From: a virus
DNA: 64,000 nucleotides
Direction: 5' to 3' (one strand)
IMG/VR virus record: IMGVR_UViG_3300005613_000004
Of the stretch, positions 9,801-20,000 are shown piece by piece. Position numbers and translations under genes: made by a program. The number at the start of each line of letters is the position of its first letter. The first letter of the stretch is position 1. Under the pieces are notes generated by a model. The model saw only the letters and a program-made list of their open reading frames with translations, made no database searches and had not been told where the DNA came from.

Positions 9801-12476
9801 TCATCTGTTGGTGAGGGAAATGCTCATAGTTTCTCTATGACAAATGAAAATAGTAAGGCAATAATAACAATTGATGATTTAGTTCAATATCCAATTGCTT
9901 TTACAAAAGTAAGTCATACTCTAGATGGTAACGATAGTGGAGGAATTGGAATAGCAAATACCTTCATTTCACTCAGTGGAATATCTACAGTTAATCCATT
10001 AGATTTTCTTAGAATTGATGACGAATATGTAAGAGTATTGAATGTTGGGTTGGGCACAACTGCTTCCGGACCAATCACAAATTCTGGTTCTTTAAATTTA
10101 GTTGAAGTTGAAAGAGGATCTGTAGGTTCTTCACCATCATCTCATACCGATTCTACAGTTGCTAGAGTATATAAGGGTGCTTATAACATTACTGACGGAG
10201 AAATTGTTTTTGCAGATGCTCCAAGAGGAAATCCACAAATTACAAAAACAAAATATAATTTAGATTTTGAAACATCATCTTTTACCGGAAGAGTATTTTT
10301 AAGATCTGATTATACAACCAATAAAGTTTATGATGATATTTCTGATGAATTTACTGGAATTGGAAGAACATTTAATTTAAAAGTTGGAGGTGCAAATACT
10401 ACTGGTATTGGAACTATCGGTGGAAGTGGACTTGTTTTTATAAACAGCATTTATCAATCTCCCGTAACTGATAATAATCCTTTGCTTAGAGATTCAAATT
10501 ACACCATTATAGAAGATACAACTGTAGGAATAACAACTCTTATTTTTTCTGGAATAACAGTACCAGATACAGATCCTTTAGAGTATATTTCAGATGATAC
10601 TGATGTTAATGTAAATGAAACTCCAAGAGGTGGAATTATCGTTTCTCTTGGATCTTCATCTGGAAGAGGTTTTGCACCCCTTGTAGGTGCTTCTGTAACA
10701 GCTACAACAACTGGTGGGGCAATTACAGGAATCAATACTGATTTTGAAGGAGGAACATATGGTTCTGGATATAATGGAATTGGTGGAATTGGTGTGACGG
10801 TATTTGAGTCTGGACATACAGGAAATACTGCACTAATTAGTGCTACCGTTGGTGTAGGAGGATCTGTAATACTTTCAATTGATGATCCTGGTTCTGGTTA
10901 TAACAATCCAGAAGTATTCATTTCAGATCCATCATATAGTAATTTAGAAGTAATTGGTGTATCTAGACTTAGTTTAGGATCGACCACAGAGTCAGGAATT
11001 GGTCTTTTAGTTGATTTAGAAGTTGGACCAGAAGTTGGAATTGGTTCTACACTATTTACTGTGTCAGACTTTAGAATTTCAAGAAATGGATATTCATTTA
11101 GAAAGGGAGATGTCATTAAACCTGTTGGTTTAGTAACCGCTGCAGGATTATCTGCTCCCATTGAAGAATTTACTTTAACTGTTTTAGAAACATTTCAAGA
11201 TTCTTTTTCTGCTTGGGAGTTTGGTGAATTAGATTATATTGATTCTATTAAAAACTATCAAAATGGTACAAGAACCAGATTTCCATTATTTTATAATGGT
11301 GAAATATTATCCATTGAGAATCCAAATGAAAATATTGATATAAAGAGCACTTTATTAATTTTTATTAATGGAATCCTCCAAGATCCAGGAGTATCTTATG
11401 ATTTTAAAGGTGGAACAAGTTTTATTTTTACAACTGCACCTCTTCCAGAAGATAATATAGAAATTTATTTCTATAGGGGTGTTGATGGTACTGATGCAAT
11501 TTTATCAACAGGAGTTGATGAAATAATTCAAAGGGGTGATAAGGTACAAATAATCAAAAATAATGAATATCCAGATATACCCACTCAAGATATTAGAACT
11601 GTATTTGATGTCTCATTCTCAGATAAAATTGAAACACAATCTTATACAAATCAAGGAATTGATGAAATTAATCCCAGACCTATTTCTCTGATTAAACAAA
11701 AAACTGATAAATTTATTAATGGAGAACTTGTTTACAAAACAAGAGATTCTATCGAAGGTCTAGTATTTCCAGTGGCCAGGATTATTGGTGACTTATCAAC
11801 AACTGATAATCAAATATTTGTTGATAACACATCTCTCTTTGAATATGAAGATGAAACTCCAGGATTTACAAATCCATCTACACCCTTTGATGCAATAGTT
11901 GTAGATGGTATTTCCACAACATCTTCCGGTTCCGTAGAAAATATAAAAACTTTCGTCAATGTTATTGGATTTTCTGGTATTGTTACTGGAATTACTACCT
12001 CTGCAGGAACAGGATCTAATCCACTTGCCATAGTATTTAATATTTATTCAGATTCATTTACTGGATTATCTACAGGATATCCAATTTATATTTTCGATAC
12101 ATCTACTATTGATGGAGTTACATCAATCTATAATTCAGATTCTGAAATTGTTGGAATTGGAACTACATTTGCTGATTGTGTATATAATATATCAGATTGG
12201 TCAGTTGATTCTACGGGATTTATTGGTATTCTTACTTGTAATGTAAAATCTGATACTAATGTTATTGGTATCGATACTTCAGGATCAGTTAATAATCCTG
12301 TAGGAAGATATTCCTGGGGAAGATTATCCAATTTAACTTCTGGTTTGGGAAGATCAAACCCAATTGCTATTGGTGTTTCTGGAAAAACAGTTTCAGGTCT
12401 TTCCTCATATCCAATAATTCAGAGAAGATCAGTTGGAATTAGAACGACTGGAGCACTTCCAAAAATTGTGGTATAA
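897..12476 (+). CDS. gp7: Giant baseplate wedge initiator gp7-like protein (3859 aa)
   Basis: N-terminus resembles cyanophage gp7 (FLKQYYISQE, FYQAKGT..SIRILF.VLYG). Also has GWAYDGNPIYG, DLDEYNGRF and repeated G.GY..P.I beta-rich units; lies between gp6 and gp8. Confidence 0.8.
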   Translation: MIQTGFDSRVKIQQIVEGQLPSFILDESPNASEFLKQYYISQEYQSGPVDLADNLDQYLKVDNLVPEVIVDSTTLSSDITITDTIVTVSSTKGFPNEYGLLKIDNEIITYTGLTTNTFTGCIRGFSGVTDYKNNIGQGEIIFSESDADAHSSGTSIQNLSSLFLKEFYKKIKSTFTPGFEELTFAKKIDAGNFIRRARDFYQAKGTNESIRILFNVLYGETPRVINLEDYLIKPSDASYIRREIVIVESLTPGSNPLNIEGQTIVKNTDPDTNAAVSSVEIFERGGDILYKLELFIGYDGISSVQGDFTITPNSKVLDNVSIGSSIINVDSTIGFDESGVIFYNEDRIPYTSKSVNQFFGCSGIVTSIPIGESIRSNDTYFSYENGDLSKVIDFRILGILSSDIKEFNNSFAQEDELLKVKNLGRKINNNSKNELEIFANSWIYNTSTRNEISNSNVLTSPIDRSSLKVGDELKYLERGGKVELPSSNTFISGVDITSNQLTIENKPTIEPDQKYDIRRKVNRASSDGTAIEFGNSQVISDVLNIYTDNDYYYVSSNSLPSEVKSGITTTSYRLNIQENIKEVGIDTTDNLGGLTNSFYSIIKSDTDIPFITGDRIFYQPQSIPFAGLETGSYYVEILENPKQFKLFASPAFIGSSNNLEFIPDENNFGEHTFTLITQKDREIGAQTLLRRFPLEKNIQRSGEEETVPGTTGMLINGVEIHNYKSNDKIYYGPISKASVLSSGQNYDVINPPHISVSTGAGTTAKIQPVVSGKFEKVFIDKQDFDLDQIVSINISGGNGLGAVLEPIIKRESRSVIFDASRSVVGGGINTSLNIIQFTTDHNFLNGEEIVYNSNGNEEIQLEGSLTLENNASYYAEVINNKSIKIYNSLSDQQSGINEINIDGASSGFQNFRTASTKKKISYIKVLNGGSGYTNRKLIVNPSGISTTNSIIKFENHGFKNGELITYTYDSSSIGINSENQYYVLEVDSDRFRICDAGIGGTNKTNFDRQNYVSFASSGSGYQYFNYPSISVSIDYTLAGLGTTSQTKQSLVATPSVRGSIIDAYVYENGTGYGSTILNYQNRPTYEIKTGKRASASPIVINGQINSIIVPNNGEEYFSTPDIVINGEGTGAEARAIIDTTTQKLTEIKVVNSGLGYTFGTTTIDVISSGSNAVLELDVRPLTINDNNFRFTNGEVIQESNNKLQYSVSSYFENLRTSFNENGSISGLIGWAYDGNPIYGHISHSDPNSLTSSIKTLQSGYKANISNIDDRPVGFSSGFFVEDYKFENSGDLDEYNGRFEKTVEFPNGRYVYHATIDSTTNLPSFPYFIGNKYYSKTVKDDNLNQSFNFNNSNLQRNTFPYKVAENGSTYEFFNLDINEARNQRSTVESISSGVVESFIIESPGNDYKVGDSLIFDDKDTSGSGLNVEVGSISGKKITSIESTELNYFDSIFTWKSSNEVKVSILPNHNLKNSDYVNISGFSTNLTELNGTFQITTPSYPTARCLSSITSASAGFTTEIYVSSIPDVSIGSSIIIDSEYLKILDIYKNDNILRIERGSSGVSHTVGTAVTFVPDSFTISKSLNKFDSKIQKKVFFNPKESLGIGTISGIGTSVTFNFGNITITRDIPTQKIYLENNPFTSNEEITYTSTGSLIQVSTDGSNTSNLVSGTNLFVVRKNNNLIGLKTSISGSELFFHTNGDDVDNQYQFESNYSQILGDVQKITSTISVSTPHNLNQGDIVTLDVKSGLSTEVSVIYKSYINNIVINPITFNSTGVNTTTNEITIPNHNLETGNKVFYEDSTNSAVNNNSYYIYKVNQNKIKLCETYIDSQKNPPTVVSFGSTGGSSQELSLINPRLNPIKNNDLTFDLSDSSLTGYNFKIYYDNDFNNEFVSTGSTSSFVVSTGSSSLTINYNNDIPEVLYYTLESNGKALNSDFDVKDYSQIKYTNSIYNNSYEVIGIAETTFNVNLIKSSEKSSYISSESDVLEYSTTSLTASGPVKTLRKISSGQNYKKLPILDSVKTDAGSNLVVSLKSKSVGKIQSIKIINNKYEYSSDNTLRPSADISPILKVKDSNTIGIISVTDGGTGYVSPPDIGIADLKTGEKIDSGFLEANLSGSAISSINIVKLPTGLPDSGTKIFAANNSNGVTIREVESSNTGIFTCLIQTPILGFPTTGIATQPVDIGDEVFIEGIQKLGTGGDGFNSEDYGYAFFPVINYTKGINDKVTIDISNLTSNTGIAVTIQDGTGSLINKDKYPTFLVIQENKSFFIGEKIISNNIIRDLEVIESSGTSLKLLGTYELSLNEVITGKNSGNTATISLIEDNSGIYQVNYSNKKNIGWETDTGKLSEDFQVTPNNDYYQNLSYSIQSSKTYIEQDSPVNSLVHISGMRNFADTGITSSVSAGIDTNIPPESATTILVSLVDEKRVDTINNLDLVTDVDVVNSTSKYIRFENLKLTDSVELISNDVLRIDDISSLFSNSESETTTFTDLINFDNQKYQRFIFRITSENRLEIQLIEIIILNDDGSFYIVEKSSLSNTNNPKGYGDIDIVEDEFGSSSLRFNPEDKFNTNYDIKFIGENIITQTSGIGTTESIGFIDLSSYDNTITGLASTTIVELDSDKFKSLYVNTIVTNDVTKELNFVRLYVSHNDTDTFISEYYTDTSSFSSFAGNQIGSFGSNLTGGLLTLSFENDISSDVSIETQIVGFGTTAVGVGTYRFIIDGQIPGNERSAVYESKFYSTFSATPITVLSLDQNLFNASKALIEIGIGTSKALHEIYAIHDSSDSYILQGPFLSINDFTGIGTFGANLTAGNFIITFYPDASQTGNIDVSVFSKSLYTALDNLNDPDPLKYGIISEEIDYRFYNAPNLSRINRKNFTPNINNVPIFKKTFNPSDTSVLNSETGIFTISNHFFRTGEKLTYIPKSTFVGIGTSAMKYTSSDELPSEVYAIKVDENNFKIAVSESDANNGTGVTFSSVGEGNAHSFSMTNENSKAIITIDDLVQYPIAFTKVSHTLDGNDSGGIGIANTFISLSGISTVNPLDFLRIDDEYVRVLNVGLGTTASGPITNSGSLNLVEVERGSVGSSPSSHTDSTVARVYKGAYNITDGEIVFADAPRGNPQITKTKYNLDFETSSFTGRVFLRSDYTTNKVYDDISDEFTGIGRTFNLKVGGANTTGIGTIGGSGLVFINSIYQSPVTDNNPLLRDSNYTIIEDTTVGITTLIFSGITVPDTDPLEYISDDTDVNVNETPRGGIIVSLGSSSGRGFAPLVGASVTATTTGGAITGINTDFEGGTYGSGYNGIGGIGVTVFESGHTGNTALISATVGVGGSVILSIDDPGSGYNNPEVFISDPSYSNLEVIGVSRLSLGSTTESGIGLLVDLEVGPEVGIGSTLFTVSDFRISRNGYSFRKGDVIKPVGLVTAAGLSAPIEEFTLTVLETFQDSFSAWEFGELDYIDSIKNYQNGTRTRFPLFYNGEILSIENPNENIDIKSTLLIFINGILQDPGVSYDFKGGTSFIFTTAPLPEDNIEIYFYRGVDGTDAILSTGVDEIIQRGDKVQIIKNNEYPDIPTQDIRTVFDVSFSDKIETQSYTNQGIDEINPRPISLIKQKTDKFINGELVYKTRDSIEGLVFPVARIIGDLSTTDNQIFVDNTSLFEYEDETPGFTNPSTPFDAIVVDGISTTSSGSVENIKTFVNVIGFSGIVTGITTSAGTGSNPLAIVFNIYSDSFTGLSTGYPIYIFDTSTIDGVTSIYNSDSEIVGIGTTFADCVYNISDWSVDSTGFIGILTCNVKSDTNVIGIDTSGSVNNPVGRYSWGRLSNLTSGLGRSNPIAIGVSGKTVSGLSSYPIIQRRSVGIRTTGALPKIVV

Positions 12477-12479
12477 ATA
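12472..12479 (+). promoter_or_regulatory. T4-type late promoter TATAAATA
   Basis: Exact consensus overlapping the gp7 stop, 20 nt upstream of gp8. Confidence 0.75.
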
Positions 12480-12499
12480 TCTAAAAAATAGTTAAAATA

Positions 12500-14038
12500 A
12501 TGGCAGCAATAGTAACTGATCAATTTAGAATAACAAATGCCAGTAATTTTATAAATGCTGTATCCGAAGATAATCAAAAATATTATGTATTTTTGGGTTT
12601 AGTAAATCCAAATATTGACAATAAATTTGGTAGAGATCTTAATTGGAATACAAATGTTCCATCTCCCGTAGATAACTTTCAATACCAAGCACATTATAGA
12701 GATACTTCACTTTTTGGAAAAAAAATTGATTCTGATAATATCAGAAGAGTTGTAAAAAAAATTGAATGGACTTCAAATACTGCCTATGATATGTATAGGC
12801 ATGATTATAGTACTTCCAACCTTGCACCAAATAGTAGTACATCTAGATTATATAATGCAAACTATTATGTAATAAACAGTGATTTTAGAGTTTATATTTG
12901 TGTTAATAATGGTTCTTCAGGATCTCTTCCAAGAGGAACTAGATCCTTATACGAACCAACTTCTACAGGTACGGCTCCATTTCAAGCAGGTCCCACTGAT
13001 GATGGATATAGATGGAAATACTTATTTTCTATAAAACCTACCGATATAATTAAGTTTGATTCTACGGAATACATTGTTCTCCCAAATAATTGGGAAACCT
13101 CAACTGATCCTGAAATTGAAGATGTTAGATTTGCTGGAGACTCATCAGTTTCTAACCCCAATCAAATAAAAACTGTTTATATTGAAGATGGTGGGCAAGG
13201 ATATTCTGATGGAATTTATGATATTGTTGGAGATGGAACTGGAGCAAGAGTTTCAATTACTACAACTAGTGGAGTAATTACCTCTGCAGTCATTGTAAAT
13301 GGTGGTTATGGTTATACATGGGGTTATGTGGATTTAAATAGAACTTCAATCACAAATCCAGCAAAATTAATACCAATTATTCCACCATCTAGAGGTCATG
13401 GATATGATCTTTATAAAGAACTTGGTGCTGATAAAGTACTAATTTATGCTCGTTTTGATGATTCAACTGTAAATTTTCCAATTAACTCACAATTCTCGCA
13501 AATCGGAATTTTAAAAAATCCGGAAAATTTTGATAATAGTAATTTATTTTCTGAAAATAATTTTTCTTCTTTATATGCAATAAAGTTAGTTGATTCGTAT
13601 TCAGGAAACCCTACTTTGGGACAAGAAATAGCACAATCCCAGAGTGGAAAAACTGCTAGAGGTTATATTGCTTCATATGACTCCGAAACTAAAGTGTTAA
13701 AGTATTTTGTAGATAGATCATTATATTTTTCAAATGGAGAAGATCAAACAGATGGTAATGATATTAGTGGAGTAGTTTCATTTTTAGGTTCTGATGATTC
13801 CACAACAAGAAGCATTTCTCTAATAGATGATGGTGGAACTATTGACATTGATAATTTTAATGAAGATGTAGTTGTTATCAATCAAAAGAGAATTAACTTA
13901 GAAGTCACATTCACAAATGGTCTTGCAGATCCCCAGATAAATAAAAAGACAGGGGAAATTCTGTATATTGATAATCGTCCTCTCGTTGAGAGGGACGTTA
14001 AACAAAGAGAAGATATCAAAATCATTCTGGAATTTTAA
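12500..14038 (+). CDS. gp8: Baseplate wedge subunit gp8
   Basis: MAAIVTDQFRI start, YDMYRHDYS, DGYRWKYLFSI and C-terminal GEILYIDNR...REDIKIILEF; position after gp7. Confidence 0.9.
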   Translation: MAAIVTDQFRITNASNFINAVSEDNQKYYVFLGLVNPNIDNKFGRDLNWNTNVPSPVDNFQYQAHYRDTSLFGKKIDSDNIRRVVKKIEWTSNTAYDMYRHDYSTSNLAPNSSTSRLYNANYYVINSDFRVYICVNNGSSGSLPRGTRSLYEPTSTGTAPFQAGPTDDGYRWKYLFSIKPTDIIKFDSTEYIVLPNNWETSTDPEIEDVRFAGDSSVSNPNQIKTVYIEDGGQGYSDGIYDIVGDGTGARVSITTTSGVITSAVIVNGGYGYTWGYVDLNRTSITNPAKLIPIIPPSRGHGYDLYKELGADKVLIYARFDDSTVNFPINSQFSQIGILKNPENFDNSNLFSENNFSSLYAIKLVDSYSGNPTLGQEIAQSQSGKTARGYIASYDSETKVLKYFVDRSLYFSNGEDQTDGNDISGVVSFLGSDDSTTRSISLIDDGGTIDIDNFNEDVVVINQKRINLEVTFTNGLADPQINKKTGEILYIDNRPLVERDVKQREDIKIILEF

Positions 14039-14044
14039 GAACAA

Positions 14045-17000
14045 ATGGCACAAAAAACAGATTTAAACATAAGTCCATATTATGATGACTTTGATCCAGA
14101 TAAAAACTTTTATAAAGTTTTATTTAAACCTGGATTTCCGGTTCAGGCAAGAGAATTAACAACTCTCCAATCAATATTACAGAATCAAGTAGAATCATTT
14201 GGCAGTAATATCTTTAAGGAAGGAAGTATTGTCATTCCAGGATCAACATCTTATGATGATCAATTTAATTCGGTAAAAGTAAATTCTACTAATTTTGGTG
14301 TAGATATTTCTTTATACATCAATAATTTTATTGGAAAAACTATAGTAGGATCAGTATCGGGTGTAAAAGCATCTTTGCAATACATAGCATTTCCCTCCGA
14401 AAGTGATCTTGTAGAAAATATTACACTTTATGTAAAATATTTAACTTCTGGTAATGATTCGGAGACTGACACCTTTTTAGATGGTGAATCATTATTTGCA
14501 GAAGAAAATGTAGTTTATGGAAATACTACAATTAACGCAGGAACAGCATTTTCATCTTTGATTGATATAGATGCGACATCTATTGGATCTGCAGTTTCTA
14601 TAGACGAAGGTACATATTTTGTAAGAGGAACATTTGTTAATGTTTCAAAACAAACGATTATATTGGATTATTATAGCAATACTCCCAACTATAGAGTTGG
14701 GTTGAATGTAAGTGAATCTATTGTTACCGCAAGAGATGATAACTCTTTGTATGATAATGCAAAAGGATTTACAAATTTTGCAGCACCCGGAGCAGATAGA
14801 TTTAAAATATCATTAACTTTAACTAAAAAATCACTAACAGATTTTGATGATACTGATTTCATTGAAATTCTTAGAATAAGTGACGGAACAATAAAAAAAG
14901 TTGTTGATAAGACGGTATATAATATAATAAGAGATTATATTGCAAAAAGAACTTTCGATGAATCTGGTCATTATACTGTAGATGAATTTAGAATCAATGT
15001 ATTAAATTCTCTCAATGATAGGGTTGGTAATGATGGATTATTTTTGGAAAATGAATCTACAGATCAGGGTAATACTCCATCTGATGATCTAATGTGTGTT
15101 CAAGTTTCTTCTGGAGAAGCTTATGTTGCTGGTTATGACATCGAATTACCATCTGAAGTAAATATTGATGTAGAAAAACCGAGAGATACTCAAAAAGTAG
15201 AGTCTATAAATGTTCCTTTTGAAATGGGTTCTTTACTTCGAGTAAATAATGTTTCTGGAGCACCAAAAGAAACGACAGAAATTGACTTGCTTAATAGATT
15301 TAGTGGAGACACTACTCCAACAACTATTGGTAAGGCAAGGGTATATACATTCAATCTTACAGATGCAGCATATTCTAATAATGCGACTCAGTGGGATTTA
15401 TATCTTTATGATATTCAAACTTATACACAATTAACATTTAATAGAAGTGTAACTACTACAGAAATTCCCACATCATCCTTTATCAAAGGTAAAAGTAGTG
15501 GTGCAAGTGGTTTTGTAGTGTTGGGAGTTAATGGAACATCTCTAAATGTCTATCAAACGTCAGGAACTTTTATTGAGAGTGAGCAATTAACCGTCAATGG
15601 AATTGATGCTTCATTATCACTATCAAGTTTTATTGTTTATAGTACTGAGGATATTAAATCAGTATCTCAAACTGTTTCCAATTTTCCAACATTTAGTGCA
15701 GATTCTGTTCTCAGTAGTAAAAAAATTAATAATATTGCACAAGCAAATCTCTCCTCTGGAGTATTTACAAGTCCAGGAAAACTTTTTACTGGAATTAAAA
15801 TTGGTGATATTATTAAGTATCAAACTGGATCTGGTGATGTAAGATATAATAGAGTTACTGCTATTGATGGAAACTTAAATAATATTACGGTCACTGCTGT
15901 TGCATCATCAGTATCTGGTGTTTTTGATGGAACCGTGACAGATGGAGACTATAATATTGAACTGGCATTTCCAGAACTTAGAAATAAAATAAATGCATAT
16001 CTTTATTCAAATCTTTTGAATGATAATGTTTCTTCGGTTAATCTTTCAAATTCTCAGTTATCAATAACAAGACAAATAGATGAAACGGAAGGATTAACTA
16101 TCACTGGAAATTCTTTAACATTTAATCTTTCAAATATAACAGGAATTACTAGTGCCACTTTTGAACCATTTGATGAGGAAAGATATTCCGTTCATTATAG
16201 TAATGGTGATATTGCAGAAATAACTTCTGATGCTTTTACTCTTAATGGAAATCAGGTAACAATTGCAGGATTAGGAAATACCTCAGATCCAGTTGTTGTA
16301 AATACAACTCTTAAGAAGAATAATATTCAAAGTAAGATTAAAGAATATACAAGAAGTGCTGTTGGTATCGTAACCTTTTCTACTTTAACAAGATCTGGTG
16401 CAGCAACTAGTGATTCTATTAATGATGGATTAACTTACAATTCATATTATGGATTAAGAGTCCAAGATGATCAAATTTCATTGAATTTTCCTGATGTATC
16501 TAAAGTTCTCTCAATATATGAATCAAAAAATACTGCAGATCCTTTTTTAGATAGGATTGAATTTTCTTCAATATCTGTAGTCGATACTGATGCAATTATT
16601 GGTGAAGACATTATTGGTTCTGATAGTGGAGCTATTGCAAGAATTGTTCAAAATTCATCTTCAGTAGCATCTCCGGCAATTCCTACAAATAATCTTGGAA
16701 TAGTTTATCTAAATCGAGAAAGATTTAATGTAGGTGAAAATGTAACATTTAAAGAATCTAATATTATTTCTACTGTACAATCTATAACTTCCGGTCAATA
16801 TAAGGATATTACTAATAACTTTACATTGGATAAGGGACAAAAAGATGAATATTATGATTATTCTAGACTGATTAGAGTTGGAAATCAAATACCAGAAAAA
16901 AGACTTTTAATAGTATTTGATCATTATACAATACCAACATCAGATAATGGTGATGTCTTTACTGTTTTAAGTTATGATGATGAAAGATTTTCTAATGATA

Positions 17001-20000
17001 TCCCAGATATAGGAAGTAGAAGTAAAAGAGCATCCGATACTCTTGATTTTAGACCAAGAGTTCAAAGATTTACTAGCACATCATCATCTCCATTCGATTT
17101 TGCATCAAGAAATTTTGGTGATGATCCAAAATTTGTATTGAAACCTGGAGAAGGGTCTTTAGTTGGATATGATTTTTATCTTCCAAGAATTGATAGAGTT
17201 TATCTTGATAAATTTTCCAATGTAATTTTAAGAAAAGGTATATCTTCAGTAGATCCACAACCACCAATAAATGAAGATCCAGATTTAATGCAATTGGGAG
17301 AAATTCAACTTCCAGCTTACTTATATGATGTTGACGATGCTTCTATCGATTTGCTTGAAAATAGAAGATATACGATGAGAGACATTGGTAGTATCGAAGA
17401 TAGAGTAGAATCTCTTGAAAGATATACATCTTTAAGTTTGCTTGAAGTAAGCACAGAATCACTTAGAGTAGAAGATTCTAATGGAAGTAATAGATTTAAA
17501 TCTGGTATATTTGTAGATGATTTTATAGATTCTTCTTTATCGGATGATGAGTTAACAACTGCAAACATTATTTCTGGGCAACTTGCCCCATTATCATTTA
17601 GAAATTCTTTACAACAAAGACCAATTCCTTCAACTGAAATTGCAGAGAGTGAATTAGATCTTTCCGAAAGTTATAGTTTACTAGACCCAAGTGTACAAAA
17701 AACAGGAAACGCAATCACATTAAAATATGATTCTATTGGTTGGATAGAACAAAATTTTGCAACTCGTGTTGAAAATGTAAACCCCTTTCATGTTATTGAA
17801 TACGTTGGTGAAATTAGACTTGAGCCAAATACTGATAATTGGGTAAGAACAATAAGACTTCCGGCAAAAGTTACTAATGTAAACATCACCAAGAATAGGA
17901 CCGTTAATATAACAGTTTCGGAAGATGATGATAGAAGACTTCAACGATTCTGGAGAAGTACACGTACAACTGCATCTGGATTTGGACTTCCATCCGGAAT
18001 AAAAAGAATTCTAAACTCAATAATAAATCCAAATGTATCAACACAAAGAAGAACTAGAGATGTTCTTATCTCTTCCGGAACTGAAAAATATATTCGTTCT
18101 AGAAATATATCATTTTATGGAAATGGTCTTAGACCTCTCACTAGACATTATCAGTTCTTCGATAGTCATAGTAATATAAATTACATTCCAAAACTTGTTG
18201 AGATTGCTACAGATTCATCCTTACAAAATTATGGAACTGCTGAGGGAACATTTCAGACTGGAGAGACAATAACTGCTTCTTTTGGTGGAAAAACAATAGG
18301 GACTTTCAGATTAGCAAAATCGAACCATAAAACTGGAAAATTTAATTCTCCAGAATTTACATATACCACAAATCCATATTTAAGTTCAGAATCTATTGCT
18401 TCTGGTTATAGTCAGTCATCAAAAACATTAAATATAGATTTGAATTCATTATCTGCAGAAGCACAAGGAAGGTTTAATGGTTATCTAAAAAAGGGTGCTG
18501 TAATAGTTGGTTCTAGCAGTGGAGCAAGAGCTTTTGTAAAAGATTTGAGACTTATTTCTGATGCAAATGGTACATTATTTGGATCCGTATTTATTCAAAA
18601 TCCACACACAAATCCAGCACCAGAAGCAAGAATTACAACTGGAAGAAAAACCTATAGATTATCTAGTAGTTCTACCAATGAAGAACAACTTCCGGGGAGC
18701 ACACTCATTTCCTCTGCTGATGGAGAATATAATGCATTTGGAACATGGAGAAAAATTCAATCTCAAACTACAGTAACTAGAACTACTACTAGAATCAGAT
18801 TACGAACTCGTGTAAGACGAAGAAGGAGGACAGATCCATTAGCACAATCATTCACTGTTGGTGGCAATATTCAAGCACCAAATGGTAATAGACAAAATGA
18901 TGATACAAATGGTGCATTTTTGACTAGTGTTGATGTATATTTTGCATCTAAACCGGGTGGAAATGAACCTCTTACCGTTGAAATTAGAACAATGGAGTTG
19001 GGCACGCCAACTTTAACTGTTATTGGTGAACCAAAAACTTTGATTCCAAGTCAAATTTCAACATCCTCAGATGCATCAGTTGCCACAAAAGTAACATTTG
19101 ATTATCCAATTTATCTTCCACCAGGAGATGAATATGCTTTAGTATTATTAGCACCAACTTCAGATCAATATGAAGTATGGACAGCAACAATGGGAGAAAC
19201 AACTATCGAAACACAAAATCTCCCATCATCTGAAGCAATTAAGTATTCTACACAATTTGCGATTGGAAGTTTATTTAAATCTCAAAATGGATCTATTTGG
19301 ACTCCTACACAAGAATCTGATCTCAAATTCAAGTTATATAAAGCAAAATTTACCGAAAACACTGGAATTGTACACTTTGGCAATCCCCCGTTAGATGAAA
19401 GTAATGGTTATTCTCCAATACTTGAAGAAAATGCACTTACTTCAGTACCAAAAAATATAACTCTTGGTATCACTACAGTTACAGATTCTAACTTGATTGA
19501 TATTTTGGGTGAAGGAAGAAGAATCGCAGGATTAACTCAAAATAGTTTTGGTAGCGTTATATCTACAGGAAGTGCTGTTGGTATCGTAACAGTTACCGAT
19601 TCGGGTGCAAATTATACCACTAGAAGTGGTTCAGAAACACTTTCCATTTTTGGTGGAGGTACGGGACTAACTATTGATATTGATTCTGTTGATGCTGATG
19701 GTTCTATTACTGGTATAACAGTTGCAAATCCTGGAAATGGATATGCCGTTGGTGACATTGTTTCTATTGTAAATGGAACTAATGAAACTGGAAGAGATGC
19801 AATTATTACTGTTTCTGCGATTACTGGTGTTGATACATTATATCTTACTAATGTTCAAGGTGAATCTGGTACTGGAAAAGCATTCCGAGTCGGTGCTGCA
19901 TTAAGTTACTATGAGTCAGATTCTACTATCATTGGATTGGCTTCAACTACAATAACTTCTGCAACTGAAGAAGGTGGAATTTTCTCTGGTAATTATTTAA

